DNA of 64,000 bases from Bacillota bacterium (GTDB lineage Bacteria > Bacillota > JAAYKD01), in assembly GCA_036744005.1 (NCBI GenBank), contig DAINOJ010000011.1, positions 4,282-68,281 on the forward strand, given 5' to 3'. Of this stretch, positions 47,720 through 57,425 are shown piece by piece (within the stretch, counting starts at the first letter, position 1; each line of letters opens with the position of its first letter). A program made the position numbers and the translations under genes. Below the pieces are notes generated by a model. That model ran no database searches. It worked only from the letters and a program-made list of their open reading frames with translations, and was not told the DNA's origin.

Positions 47720-50591
47720 ATATGACATTGTCTCTAATGATGATTCGAATGATTTCCGGGTCAAATTGCGTTCCAGCCGCATTCATCAATTCTTGTTTGG
47801 CTCGTTCTACAGACATGACTTCTTTTCTGTAGGGTCTTGAGGAGGTCATGGCATCGAACGCGTCTGATATCGCAATAATTCGAGCATCCAGTGGAATCTC
47901 TTCTCCACGAATTCCTTTCGGGTATCCCTTGCCATCCCAGCGCTCATGGTGGCTCAATACCCCATCGGCAATACCGGCAAACTCATTAGTAGCACTTAAC
48001 ATACGATACCCTATGGCGGGATGACGTTTGATTTGCTCGTACTCCTCTTCGGTCAAGCGTCCAGGCTTTTCTAGGATGTCGCTGGATATAATAATTTTCC
48101 CAATGTCATGTAGCAATCCCAATGTCGCGATGTCGTCTACTTTGTGTTGCGACAAATCCAACGCTTTGGCAATTTTTACAGCAAGATCTTTGACTCTTTG
48201 GGAGTGTCTTTCTTCTCGTGAGCTTTTCTCAAAAAGGGTGTTGATAATCGTCTTAATGGTCAACCCGCGAACACCTTGGCTTTCGCTGACTTTTCTCTTA
48301 TACATATACTCTTCGGCTCGTTTAAACACCTGTTCTAATTCGAGATGAGGATGTTCTTTCGTTTCCCAACCAAATGCAATGGAAAAAATAAGTTTATCGG
48401 TTTTCAAATCGTTGGCATCTTTTGTGATTCGTTGCACCTTTTCTTCTGCTTCTTCCGAAGTCGTGTTGGGCAAAATGAGGGCAAACTCATCTCCTCCCCA
48501 ACGAGAAACAATCCCCTTTCCGGAAACATGTGAAGTGAGCAGATTGGCCGCTAATTTGAGTAATTTGTCGCCCTCGTAGTGTCCAAAAGCATCATTGGTG
48601 AGTTTTAGGCCATTGAGATCTGCCATGACTATGGTCAACGGATAATGATCGGGTGTATCGAGTCGCTTCATTTCTTCTTCGAAGAATCTACGGTTATATA
48701 AGCCGGTCAAGGAATCGTGGAAGCTCAAGTACTCGATTTCTTTCCTTTGGGTCATTTTTTGTGTGGCATCTCTAAAGACCAAGACCACCCCAGACATTTC
48801 CCCTTGGCTGTTCTTTATGGGCGAGGCACTGTCTTCAATGAGATACGCACTTCCGTTTAGTGAAGTCAGCACGGCATGATTGCTTAGCTCATGAGTGATA
48901 TGAGTACGAAAAACTTCTGCTACCGGATCTCGTATCTCTACTAGATGATCCTCATGCGATAATCGGAAAACATCTTTGTAGTACACCCCTTTGGCTTCTT
49001 TTTCTGACCAACCCGTCATTTCTGCACAGGCCTTGTTGATCATCTCTATTCTCTCATTCATCCCCACTACCATGACTCCATCTCCAATGGAAACAAGGGT
49101 TGAGAGATAGCGATTCTTCTCAATTTCCAGCTGATCTCTGTATCTCGCCCGTTCAATTCGGTTCCACACCCCACTCATGAGGGAAGTAACCTGGTAGATG
49201 TCGTTGTCATCATAAGCATCTTTTTTGTTCGCCAACCCAAGGGTCGCTACAATACGATTGTCTTCAAATACAGGAATGGCCAACCAGCGTTTTAGCGGAA
49301 CATGGCCCTCTGGATATCCTTTCTTTAAAGGATGATTTGCTTGAAAGTCGTTAATGAGGAAGGGTTTTCTCTGACGAATGACTTCTCCCCAGATTCCGGT
49401 TCTCTCTAGTTGATACACGGTCTGCTTCTCTGCGACCAAACACTCGTCCATGACCTCTTTCGACCAAGAGTTGATGGTTAATTCTTCTTTTTCTTCGTTA
49501 TATAAGTAAATGTAGCCAAATTGGCTCCCCGTCATGCGAATGATTTCATTCAACACAAAATCGAGCCAATCGGAAACAGAGCCTTCCTCCCGGCTCATCA
49601 CATGGAACATAATGGTGTTGCGTACAAGATTGTTCTCCAATTCTGCTGTTTGACGTTTCACCTCTTTGTTAATCATTCGATTGGAAACAAACAAAAGAAG
49701 CATCACAATACCAAGGAGCGTCCCCAGAAAATAAAGGGACATTTTTCGGTAATCCGGAGTAGAGTTAACCAAAAATGGAAACCATTTGGTATACAATGCT
49801 TCATAGGTTCCATTTTCCGCAACCACCGCTAATCCCTCGTTCAGCAATGCCAGTAACTCTTTGTCTCCCTCTTTCACAGCAAAACTAAACTTTTGCTCAA
49901 AACCTTGCAAAGCCACTTTAATACGATCGATTCCATTATCGGACAAGCGAGTGACCGCTTCTACGTTGGTAATCTTCAAATCGTTGATTAACTTTTCGCC
50001 GACTAAACTCTGTGCTAAAACCGCGTCGTGTTTACCGGATGACAATAATTGAAAGGCATCGGCATAGGTGGGGACAGGAATCAAAGAATCGGTAAATTGC
50101 ATTCTTTGAGCATACTCCTGGGCATTATCCCCCTGCATGACGATGATCTCTTTACCAAACAAATCCTCTTCCGATTTAATTTCTGTGTAGCCCTTTCGAA
50201 CAAAGATGTTCCCACGCATAACGATATACGGAACCGTGAAATCAAAATAGTCTTCTCGTTCTATGGAGTAACCTACTAAAGGCAATACATCCAGTTGCCC
50301 CAGTTCGAGCTCTTTTTTGATGGTATCCCATTGATCTACCTTAAATTGAATCTCTAAACCCATCTCATTGGCAACCGCTTTCAGTAATTCCACAGAAAAC
50401 CCATCCGCTTTCCCCTCGGTCACCACAGAAAAAGGTGGGTAATCGTATTCAGATGCACTGAAGTAGATTTTCTTATCTTGACCCGTTTGTGCTAACACTT
50501 CAAAAGGTGATAAAACGGTTGCGAATAAAACGAGCGCGCAAAGCACTACTTTTGCTACATGATGTTTCCGTCGTTTCATCGCTCTCACCAC
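47718..50591 (-). CDS. multidomain c-di-GMP signalling protein: signal peptide, 2x periplasmic solute-binding (SBP_bac_3) domains, TM, PAS/GAF, GGDEF and HD-GYP
   Basis: 957 aa. RWGGDEF intact, HD-GYP with HDIGK...HHERWDGKGYP. The N-terminal half carries two amino-acid-SBP-like repeats. Confidence 0.85.
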   Translation of the reverse strand: MVRAMKRRKHHVAKVVLCALVLFATVLSPFEVLAQTGQDKKIYFSASEYDYPPFSVVTEGKADGFSVELLKAVANEMGLEIQFKVDQWDTIKKELELGQLDVLPLVGYSIEREDYFDFTVPYIVMRGNIFVRKGYTEIKSEEDLFGKEIIVMQGDNAQEYAQRMQFTDSLIPVPTYADAFQLLSSGKHDAVLAQSLVGEKLINDLKITNVEAVTRLSDNGIDRIKVALQGFEQKFSFAVKEGDKELLALLNEGLAVVAENGTYEALYTKWFPFLVNSTPDYRKMSLYFLGTLLGIVMLLLFVSNRMINKEVKRQTAELENNLVRNTIMFHVMSREEGSVSDWLDFVLNEIIRMTGSQFGYIYLYNEEKEELTINSWSKEVMDECLVAEKQTVYQLERTGIWGEVIRQRKPFLINDFQANHPLKKGYPEGHVPLKRWLAIPVFEDNRIVATLGLANKKDAYDDNDIYQVTSLMSGVWNRIERARYRDQLEIEKNRYLSTLVSIGDGVMVVGMNERIEMINKACAEMTGWSEKEAKGVYYKDVFRLSHEDHLVEIRDPVAEVFRTHITHELSNHAVLTSLNGSAYLIEDSASPIKNSQGEMSGVVLVFRDATQKMTQRKEIEYLSFHDSLTGLYNRRFFEEEMKRLDTPDHYPLTIVMADLNGLKLTNDAFGHYEGDKLLKLAANLLTSHVSGKGIVSRWGGDEFALILPNTTSEEAEEKVQRITKDANDLKTDKLIFSIAFGWETKEHPHLELEQVFKRAEEYMYKRKVSESQGVRGLTIKTIINTLFEKSSREERHSQRVKDLAVKIAKALDLSQHKVDDIATLGLLHDIGKIIISSDILEKPGRLTEEEYEQIKRHPAIGYRMLSATNEFAGIADGVLSHHERWDGKGYPKGIRGEEIPLDARIIAISDAFDAMTSSRPYRKEVMSVERAKQELMNAAGTQFDPEIIRIIIRDNVI

Positions 50592-50670
50592 CCTTTACGT
50601 TTCCTCTGGATTCATATACAGTTTTGTAACCTAGCGACGTATTCCTTCTTTTTCCATAACTCTGATTTTG

Positions 50671-51990
50671 TTACAATGAATTCGCACGTTGAATGTACTG
50701 TTCCGTATTAAACTTGCGTTTACACCCTTCCAACGACATATAACGTATTTTCCCAAATATAGCTCTCTCTCCCCACGCCCTATCGTGTACACCACCTATG
50801 GACCAGGCAATACCGGTATATCCATTGGGGTCGCGACCATCTAATGAGTAGGTGTCGTTTAAATAGATAGCATGAGCCTGTGCGATTTCGGCGCTCTCAC
50901 TCCACTCAAGAATTTTCTTAGCCCAATACATACGCATATATCCATGCATTTTTCCTGTTTTATTCATTTCCAGTTGAGCAGCATTCCATAAACTGTCATG
51001 TGTATTGGCATTTTCTAAGATATCTAAGGAATACAGATAAGCACGAGTATCCTTACGATGCTCATTCAGTGTCTTCTTTGCCCAATCCGGAAAACCGAAA
51101 GAATTATCATAGTCATGATTGTAGTAACAATAATTGTCCGATAATTCTCGGCGAACAATCAGTTCTTCTAAGAAATCCTCTGCCGATGTTGAATGTTGTA
51201 GGACCTCCCATGCCACTCGTTGCGCACTGATTTGACCAAAATGCAGGTAGGGAGACAAGCCCGAACAGACATCGAGATTGGGGTCATTCCTCTGAGCATA
51301 TTGTTGAATTTTGCTGTCTAGGAATGTTTTTAAACATTGCTGTGCTGCAAGTTCACCGGAGGAAGTACGTAAGCTTTTCTCTTGGTGAAGTTGTTGTAGT
51401 GTCTGCTTTTCATAGGCTTCCAACACGCCTTCAAAAGACACTTCATAGGGTTTTTTCTTCAGTATCGGAAAATCCGTCAGAAACGTTTGTCGTAGGCGGT
51501 TGATTTTTGGACGAAAAGTGTACGCTGCAAATTCTTGTTTTGAGGGGGCTTCGAAGTAGGGTACTACATTGTGAGCATCGACTTCTACGACGCTTATGGT
51601 AAGGCAACGAGCGACTTCTTCTCTCCATTTTCTTGATATCCTGAGCGGATTGAAGTCGGTGACGACCAATCCTGCATGAATTTCCTCGATAAAAGAAGGA
51701 AGAACATTCACAGGGTTTCCATCCAACAAAACAAACGGAATCGCATACTCCTTTAATTTGAGACGAACTTGTCTCAACCCCTCTAACATAAATGACTCTT
51801 GTTGGGGTGTCGCACCTAAATAACTCTTTTGAAAGCAAAAAACGACGACGAGTCCTTTTTGTTGCTCTATCGCTGCATCTTGAGCGTAGAGCAACGCCCA
51901 ATTGTCCTCGACTCTTTGATCTCGGCTCATCCAGTACAGCACCGGGCCTGCTGTTTGCGGCAACGAGTTCAATGTTTGGGCTCTGTTCAT
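50671..51990 (-). CDS. deoxyribodipyrimidine photolyase, class II CPD type
   Basis: VLYWMSRDQRVEDNWAL class-II N-terminal signature. FAD-binding C-terminal domain. Confidence 0.75.
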   Translation of the reverse strand: MNRAQTLNSLPQTAGPVLYWMSRDQRVEDNWALLYAQDAAIEQQKGLVVVFCFQKSYLGATPQQESFMLEGLRQVRLKLKEYAIPFVLLDGNPVNVLPSFIEEIHAGLVVTDFNPLRISRKWREEVARCLTISVVEVDAHNVVPYFEAPSKQEFAAYTFRPKINRLRQTFLTDFPILKKKPYEVSFEGVLEAYEKQTLQQLHQEKSLRTSSGELAAQQCLKTFLDSKIQQYAQRNDPNLDVCSGLSPYLHFGQISAQRVAWEVLQHSTSAEDFLEELIVRRELSDNYCYYNHDYDNSFGFPDWAKKTLNEHRKDTRAYLYSLDILENANTHDSLWNAAQLEMNKTGKMHGYMRMYWAKKILEWSESAEIAQAHAIYLNDTYSLDGRDPNGYTGIAWSIGGVHDRAWGERAIFGKIRYMSLEGCKRKFNTEQYIQRANSL

Positions 51991-52006
51991 CGTTCTCCCC
52001 CTATCC

Positions 52007-53134
52007 TTATGCTTTAATTGCCCAACGCAATTTGGCGGAACGGGCGCGGCTATTGCTGTTGCATTCCTCCTGTGAGGGTCTTATGGGGTCGGGGGCGATC
52101 TCTCGATAAACACCTTCTCGGTATAGGTGTTGGAATGATTTCTTCACCAAGCGATCTTCCCCGGAGTGAAAGGTCAAAACAGCGACACGACCACCGGAAG
52201 CCAAAACAGAAGGGAGTTTCTCTAGAAACACATAGAGAGCTTCCAACTCATGATTCACTTCAATTCGCAACGCTTGAAAACAGCGCTGACAAGCTTTCTT
52301 TATTTCCTCTTCTCTATTTTGAGAGGGTAACACTTTTAGGGCGTCTTTAATGACATCCCGAAGTTGAGTCGTGGTGTTGAGGGGAACCCCTTTTTTTCTT
52401 GCCGAAATCATGGCACGAGCAAGAATAAAAGCATTCGGTTCATCTGCGTTATCGGTCAGAAGACCTTGTAATTCCTCTTGGGTCATGGTCTTCAGTCGTT
52501 CTGCAGCAGACTTCCCTTTTTGTGGGTTTAGACGCAAATCCAAAGGACCCTCTCTCTTAAAGGAGAAACCTCTTTCCGGGTTGTCTATTTGCATGGAGGA
52601 CACCCCTAAATCGGCTAAAACAAAATGTAGGGGTCCGGCTTCTTTGGCAATTTGATCCAACTCAGAGAAGTTCATCTGCCTAATCGATAGCCGGTCCGAC
52701 CCATATCCCAAGTTTTCCAAACGAGCTTTCGCACGGGGTAATTCCAAGGGATCGACATCGATGGCGTACAAATGTCCTTTGTCTAGTAGGCATTTGAGAA
52801 TCTCCTCGGTGTGACCACCGTACCCCAAGGTCGCATCGAGTCCGACTTGCCCGGGGGTTACCTGCAATATCTCCAAAATTTCATTCACACAAATAGGCCG
52901 GTGCATGCCGGCTGGTGTTTTCCCTTTTTGGATCAGCCCTGCAACGGTATCTGCATACAACTCCGGCTGAAGCTCTTTATATTTCTCTTGAAAACTTTTC
53001 GGGTGAGTCCCTTTATAGCGGGGACGCCTTTGATGCGGTTGATCCTGTTTTTCCATGGAAATGATTCTCCTTTGGGGTTCATATGATTCATTATACCACT
53101 GTTCTTTTCCTAACATCAAGATAAAGTGTACCAT
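52007..53134 (-). CDS. RsmH (MraW)-family rRNA N4-cytosine methyltransferase paralog with basic N-terminal extension, outside dcw cluster
   Basis: DATLGYGGHT, DLGVSSMQID and ERGFSF motifs. No mraZ/ftsL neighbours. Confidence 0.7.
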   Translation of the reverse strand: MVHFILMLGKEQWYNESYEPQRRIISMEKQDQPHQRRPRYKGTHPKSFQEKYKELQPELYADTVAGLIQKGKTPAGMHRPICVNEILEILQVTPGQVGLDATLGYGGHTEEILKCLLDKGHLYAIDVDPLELPRAKARLENLGYGSDRLSIRQMNFSELDQIAKEAGPLHFVLADLGVSSMQIDNPERGFSFKREGPLDLRLNPQKGKSAAERLKTMTQEELQGLLTDNADEPNAFILARAMISARKKGVPLNTTTQLRDVIKDALKVLPSQNREEEIKKACQRCFQALRIEVNHELEALYVFLEKLPSVLASGGRVAVLTFHSGEDRLVKKSFQHLYREGVYREIAPDPIRPSQEECNSNSRARSAKLRWAIKA

Positions 53135-53139
53135 TCTAA

Positions 53140-53182
53140 GATAAAGAAATACCCTCCTACTTTGAATGTTGCAGGAGGGTAC
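53140..53182 (-). terminator. intrinsic terminator after copZ-like gene
   Basis: CCCTCCT-gcaacattcaaagt-AGGAGGG hairpin plus a U-rich tail on the minus strand. Confidence 0.5.
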
Positions 53183-53186
53183 TTAG

Positions 53187-53429
53187 CTACTGAGGTTTCA
53201 CTTGGGACTTGATGACGACGTAACCCAAAGCGGTTATGGCTTTTTCTATGGTTTCTATGGTCAATGAGGTCGAATCAAAATCCAATTTGACTTTGCTGGT
53301 ACTAAACGAAACTTTGACACTGTCTTTGTTGACCCCAGGAAGCGATTTCACCGCACTTTCGATTTTCATCGAACAGGAAGGGCAAACTAAAGTTTCTAAT
53401 TGTATTGTTGCTTTTTGCATATTCATCAC
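53187..53429 (-). CDS. copZ: heavy-metal-associated (HMA) domain metallochaperone
   Basis: LVCPSCSMKIE MxCxxC motif. 80 aa. Confidence 0.85.
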   Translation of the reverse strand: MMNMQKATIQLETLVCPSCSMKIESAVKSLPGVNKDSVKVSFSTSKVKLDFDSTSLTIETIEKAITALGYVVIKSQVKPQ

Positions 53430-53438
53430 TCCTTATTT

Positions 53439-55310
53439 CTACACTCGAACTCGATATCGAATCAGGCGCATCCCGTTTACTATGACAGCCAGAATACTTG
53501 CTTCATGAACCAACATTCCAATAGACATATTCATCCACTCACTAAAAAAAACACTAGCGAGTAGAACCAAGACGACTCCAATCGCAATCACAATATTCTG
53601 TAACATATTGTTCGCTGTAGCTTTTGCTAACCCTAAAGCATGTGGTAAGCGACCAAAATCCGAGTTCATCAAGACCACATCGGATGTTTCTATCGCGACG
53701 TCCGTTCCGTTGCCCATGGCAATGCCAATGTGGGCAAGGGCTAAGGAAGGACTATCGTTGACACCATCCCCGACAAAGGCGACGATGTGGCCCTTTGCGA
53801 TGAAATCGGCAATGAAACTCGACTTGTCTCCCGGTAGCATATGACCATGAGCTTCGGTCAGTCCAAGCTCTTTGGCTACTCGATTCACCGTGCCTTGATT
53901 ATCTCCCGATAACACGATGAGGTTTTTTACTTTAAGCCGCTTCAGCTTTTGCAGAACTTCCTTCACACCGGGTCGAATGGGATCGCGAATCCCAAACAGT
54001 GCTTTCAATGTGCCATCCACAGACACTAACACCAAGGAGTTTCCGTTTTGCTCAAAATTGTGAATGTCTTTGAGGGCGTTTTCACTTAAGAAAATCTGCT
54101 CCTGATTCATCAAAGAAACATTTCCTATGGCGATACGTTTACCATCGATCGATGCGATGATTCCTCCGCCTTTGACAACTTCGGTTTTCTCTACGACAAG
54201 CTTTTCTATTACACCAAGGTATTCTACCAAGGCCTTCGCCAGTGGGTGGTCTGACTCGCTTTCGATATTCGCAATCATGCTCTTGACACTCGCAACATCA
54301 TCCGCAAAAAAAACCACATCTGCCACTTTGGGATTTCCCTGGGTTAGGGTTCCGGTTTTGTCAAAAACCATGGTATCGACTCGGCTAAAATCCCCAATTA
54401 CTTCACTGCCCTTTAAGAGAATTCCATGCTTCGCACCGTTGCCAATACCAGCTACATTGGAAACCGGTACCCCTATGACCAACGCTCCCGGGCAACCCAA
54501 AACCAAAATGGTAATGGCCAATTCGATGTCTTTTGTAAGGATTCCCACCATAATGGACAGAGCCAAAACAGCAGGAGTGTAGTACTTGGAAAACTTGTCG
54601 ATAAATCGCTCGGCTTCGGATTTAGAATCCTGTGCTTCTTCTACCAGCTCTATAATGCGACCGAAGGTGGTATCTTCTCCTACCCGGTCAGCTACAATCT
54701 GTAGTGTTCCATTCTCGAGTATGGTCCCGGCATATACCCCAGACTCTGTCTTTTTATGGACCGGCACCGCTTCTCCGGTAATACTTGCTTCATTGATGTA
54801 GCCTTCGCCTGTGACTACAAATCCATCCACCGGAACCTTCGCTCCGGTTTTGACCAACAAAATATCCCCAACATCCACTTCGTCTACATCGACCTCAACG
54901 AACTCACCGTCGTCCATTTTCTTCAGTGCACTTTCAGGAGCCATTTCTGTTAATTCTTTAATCGCGGAACGCGTTTGGTTTAAGGTTCGCTGCTCCAAAA
55001 ATGCACCAAACAAGAACAAGAAAGTGACAATCGCAGACTCTTCAAAATTGCGAATGAAAAACGCGCCACTGACCGCAATGGTGACTAACACTTCAATGCT
55101 GACCACTTTGACTCGTAAAGCTTGGTATGCCTGTATCGCAATGGGAGCGATACCTAACATAGAGGCTAGGATTAAGCTACCAATCGCCAAGGTTTCGTTA
55201 TGAAAAAACCACTCACTCATAAATCCCAGAGCGATAAGCAACCCACTCGCTAAGACAATAGGGTTCTTTTTACTCAAAATCCATCTCTGCACATTCTCAC
55301 CTTCTTCCAC
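53439..55310 (-). CDS. P1B-type heavy-metal-translocating ATPase lacking N-terminal metal-binding domain (P1B-4-like)
   Basis: DKTGTLT, GDGVNDSPSLA, C-terminal HEAS TM motif. The TM4 motif reads GCPGAL (CPG, not CPC/SPC). 623 aa. Confidence 0.8.
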   Translation of the reverse strand: MEEGENVQRWILSKKNPIVLASGLLIALGFMSEWFFHNETLAIGSLILASMLGIAPIAIQAYQALRVKVVSIEVLVTIAVSGAFFIRNFEESAIVTFLFLFGAFLEQRTLNQTRSAIKELTEMAPESALKKMDDGEFVEVDVDEVDVGDILLVKTGAKVPVDGFVVTGEGYINEASITGEAVPVHKKTESGVYAGTILENGTLQIVADRVGEDTTFGRIIELVEEAQDSKSEAERFIDKFSKYYTPAVLALSIMVGILTKDIELAITILVLGCPGALVIGVPVSNVAGIGNGAKHGILLKGSEVIGDFSRVDTMVFDKTGTLTQGNPKVADVVFFADDVASVKSMIANIESESDHPLAKALVEYLGVIEKLVVEKTEVVKGGGIIASIDGKRIAIGNVSLMNQEQIFLSENALKDIHNFEQNGNSLVLVSVDGTLKALFGIRDPIRPGVKEVLQKLKRLKVKNLIVLSGDNQGTVNRVAKELGLTEAHGHMLPGDKSSFIADFIAKGHIVAFVGDGVNDSPSLALAHIGIAMGNGTDVAIETSDVVLMNSDFGRLPHALGLAKATANNMLQNIVIAIGVVLVLLASVFFSEWMNMSIGMLVHEASILAVIVNGMRLIRYRVRV

Positions 55311-55319
55311 TACACTTTT

Positions 55320-55625
55320 CTAATGAGAATATGCTCGATCCAGTTCTGCCAACATATTGTATACGGCTTCATAACTCTCGCAAACGTCTGTTGGAATGGT
55401 GTAGTTTGTGGTAATCTCGCGAAGTTTGGCAAACTCTTCTCCTAGGGGAGGGAGATTCACTCCTGCTATTTTGGTTTTTGCCAGAATCACATCGACCAAC
55501 CGACGAACTTCGTGAAATTCTGGATGATGTGCTCCGTGCACCCTCTCCACAACTGGGGTATACTGTTTTAATGTCTTACCATGCTTCTTCATAACCTCTT
55601 TAAAAGACAACATCTCCATCATCAT
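55320..55625 (-). CDS. small His-rich hypothetical protein, first gene of the ATPase operon
   Basis: 101 aa containing HGAHHPEFH. GGAGGAGAAC ribosome-binding site. The stop lies 10 nt before the ATPase start. Confidence 0.5.
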   Translation of the reverse strand: MMMEMLSFKEVMKKHGKTLKQYTPVVERVHGAHHPEFHEVRRLVDVILAKTKIAGVNLPPLGEEFAKLREITTNYTIPTDVCESYEAVYNMLAELDRAYSH

Positions 55626-55701
55626 GTTCTCCTCCTATTCATTGAATGTTTGGCTTACCTCATTCACTGACTCTATTATAACGAGAACTCATCGGGAAGT
55701 A

Positions 55702-55717
55702 TGTTGTTTTTACAACA
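55702..55717. promoter_or_regulatory. perfect 6-4-6 palindrome (candidate operator) upstream of metal ATPase operon
   Basis: TGTTGT-TTTT-ACAACA, about 30 nt upstream of a TATAAT -10 on the minus strand. Confidence 0.3.
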
Positions 55718-55731
55718 CTATCATTTTGGAG

Positions 55732-57414
55732 TTAATTCGATGTTTTCAACGGTGTATGAATTAGACGAAGGGTATACTCTATGCCAATGTCTCCAATACT
55801 TCTATTTAATTGAAGCTCTCCTGCGGTTTCGTTTCCGTCTTGCAAAGCAAGCTCAAACTCATAAAGCATGGTTTCATGCAAAAGAGTTAAGAACGCCGGA
55901 TCTGTTACCAAATTCTCCTGAAACAAAATACCGGTGGTCGAATGGACAACCCCTGTGGCTGGCTGTGGATACCCTTGGGCATAGTAGATATCGCTCTCCG
56001 GACCAAAAGCATTAATAAGGATACTAAATGTTTCGCTATGGCAAGGAGCAAACTGGAACAACATGGCATGAACATTAAAAGGATTGGGTTGTTCCAAAGT
56101 GACTCCCTCTTCTTCTATAACAGCTTTCCGGTACTGCCCCTTTCCTTCCCCACGGAACAATCCCACTGAATCGGCTACATCTACCGATATATTCTTGACA
56201 TTCCCTTCGGTGATGAATTCCATCTCCGGACCCGTAAACTGGTTGATGAACTCTACTCTAAAATTAAGAACACGGCTGAGTTGATAAAATAGATTCGAGC
56301 CAAAATCCTGTGAGACCACATCGCTACCTAATAAAGAGACTTGTTTTCCTAGCCACACTATGGGATACGCTTTCGAATATAAGTGGTCATTGCGTATTTG
56401 GTCTAAATATTCATCGATAATCTGTAATCCCCAAGCCGAAATGGCTTCGAAAAATTGACTAGCTTCATGACCCTCGGTGAAATAAGCGATTTCTTTTTGG
56501 GTGGTAATCACAGCGACACTCACCGGTAAATAGTATTCATCCTCTGGTTGGTATGCTTCTATGACCTTATTACATTTCTCATGAATGCGAGATACTAACT
56601 TTTTCACTTCACCAAAATCCGCATCCATATTCTTTCCTGCAATTTGAACATAGGCTTTCATCGCCAACACTAGTTCTCGAACCATGGTAATCTCGGGTTT
56701 CTTAAACTCTTCTGTATATCTGCCAATATCTTCAGATAAAGATGTTTGGGCATGCTCGTCTTCACTGCACTTCTCCGGTAAGCGAATTCTGGGGGGTTCT
56801 GGAAGCGTTAATGGTTCCTTTAAGAGGTTCTCTGCATTCGCTATGGCGTCTTGTATGTTTAATTCCGCAATCTTGAGTAAAATCTTGTCTAGGGTACTGG
56901 TTCTTGGTAGGGCATATTGGTTACTAAAATGAAACAGGCTTGCTTGCAATAGAGAATCATCCGTCATTTCCAAAAACTGTAGGTCTTCCCCTTGCGTATT
57001 ACTAGTTATAAGAATGTCTTTCGAACTCAGCCCCGATTTGTTCACACGTAGTTGCACGGGAATTAAGAATGCTAAACCATCTGGCTTCAGTTCTACACCA
57101 GTAGGGATCTTGCCTAATCTATCACTTTTAATGTTACTTAAGGAGGACATCGAAATTTCTGTGGTTTCCAGTAATGCACCGGGTGGCATAATTAGAGTCC
57201 AAGTCGCACCGTTTTTATCGGTAAGCTTCAGAACTTGCTCTTCCCCGTTCGGATCATATAACAATGTCTCGGTCAAGGGCTGCTTCTCAAACTGAATGCT
57301 TCCAAAGACATCTACCGTATCGAGGTCCACTGCCTGCTCCTTGCTACAACCAAGCAAGGTCAATAACAGGATAAGGATCAGTGTGAGAAATACCTTTTGT
57401 GCCCTAGATTTCAT
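55732..57414 (-). CDS. large secreted lipoprotein of unknown function
   Basis: Lipobox LTLLGC. 560 aa. No recognisable catalytic motif. Confidence 0.6.
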   Translation of the reverse strand: MKSRAQKVFLTLILILLLTLLGCSKEQAVDLDTVDVFGSIQFEKQPLTETLLYDPNGEEQVLKLTDKNGATWTLIMPPGALLETTEISMSSLSNIKSDRLGKIPTGVELKPDGLAFLIPVQLRVNKSGLSSKDILITSNTQGEDLQFLEMTDDSLLQASLFHFSNQYALPRTSTLDKILLKIAELNIQDAIANAENLLKEPLTLPEPPRIRLPEKCSEDEHAQTSLSEDIGRYTEEFKKPEITMVRELVLAMKAYVQIAGKNMDADFGEVKKLVSRIHEKCNKVIEAYQPEDEYYLPVSVAVITTQKEIAYFTEGHEASQFFEAISAWGLQIIDEYLDQIRNDHLYSKAYPIVWLGKQVSLLGSDVVSQDFGSNLFYQLSRVLNFRVEFINQFTGPEMEFITEGNVKNISVDVADSVGLFRGEGKGQYRKAVIEEEGVTLEQPNPFNVHAMLFQFAPCHSETFSILINAFGPESDIYYAQGYPQPATGVVHSTTGILFQENLVTDPAFLTLLHETMLYEFELALQDGNETAGELQLNRSIGDIGIEYTLRLIHTPLKTSN

Positions 57415-57425
57415 CGTAATACCTC

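Noticed and set aside
55702-55717. Palindrome as terminator of the upstream lipoprotein gene
   Set aside because: The stem is purely A/T-G/T with no GC core and a 4-nt loop. It is more consistent with a protein-binding operator than an intrinsic terminator.
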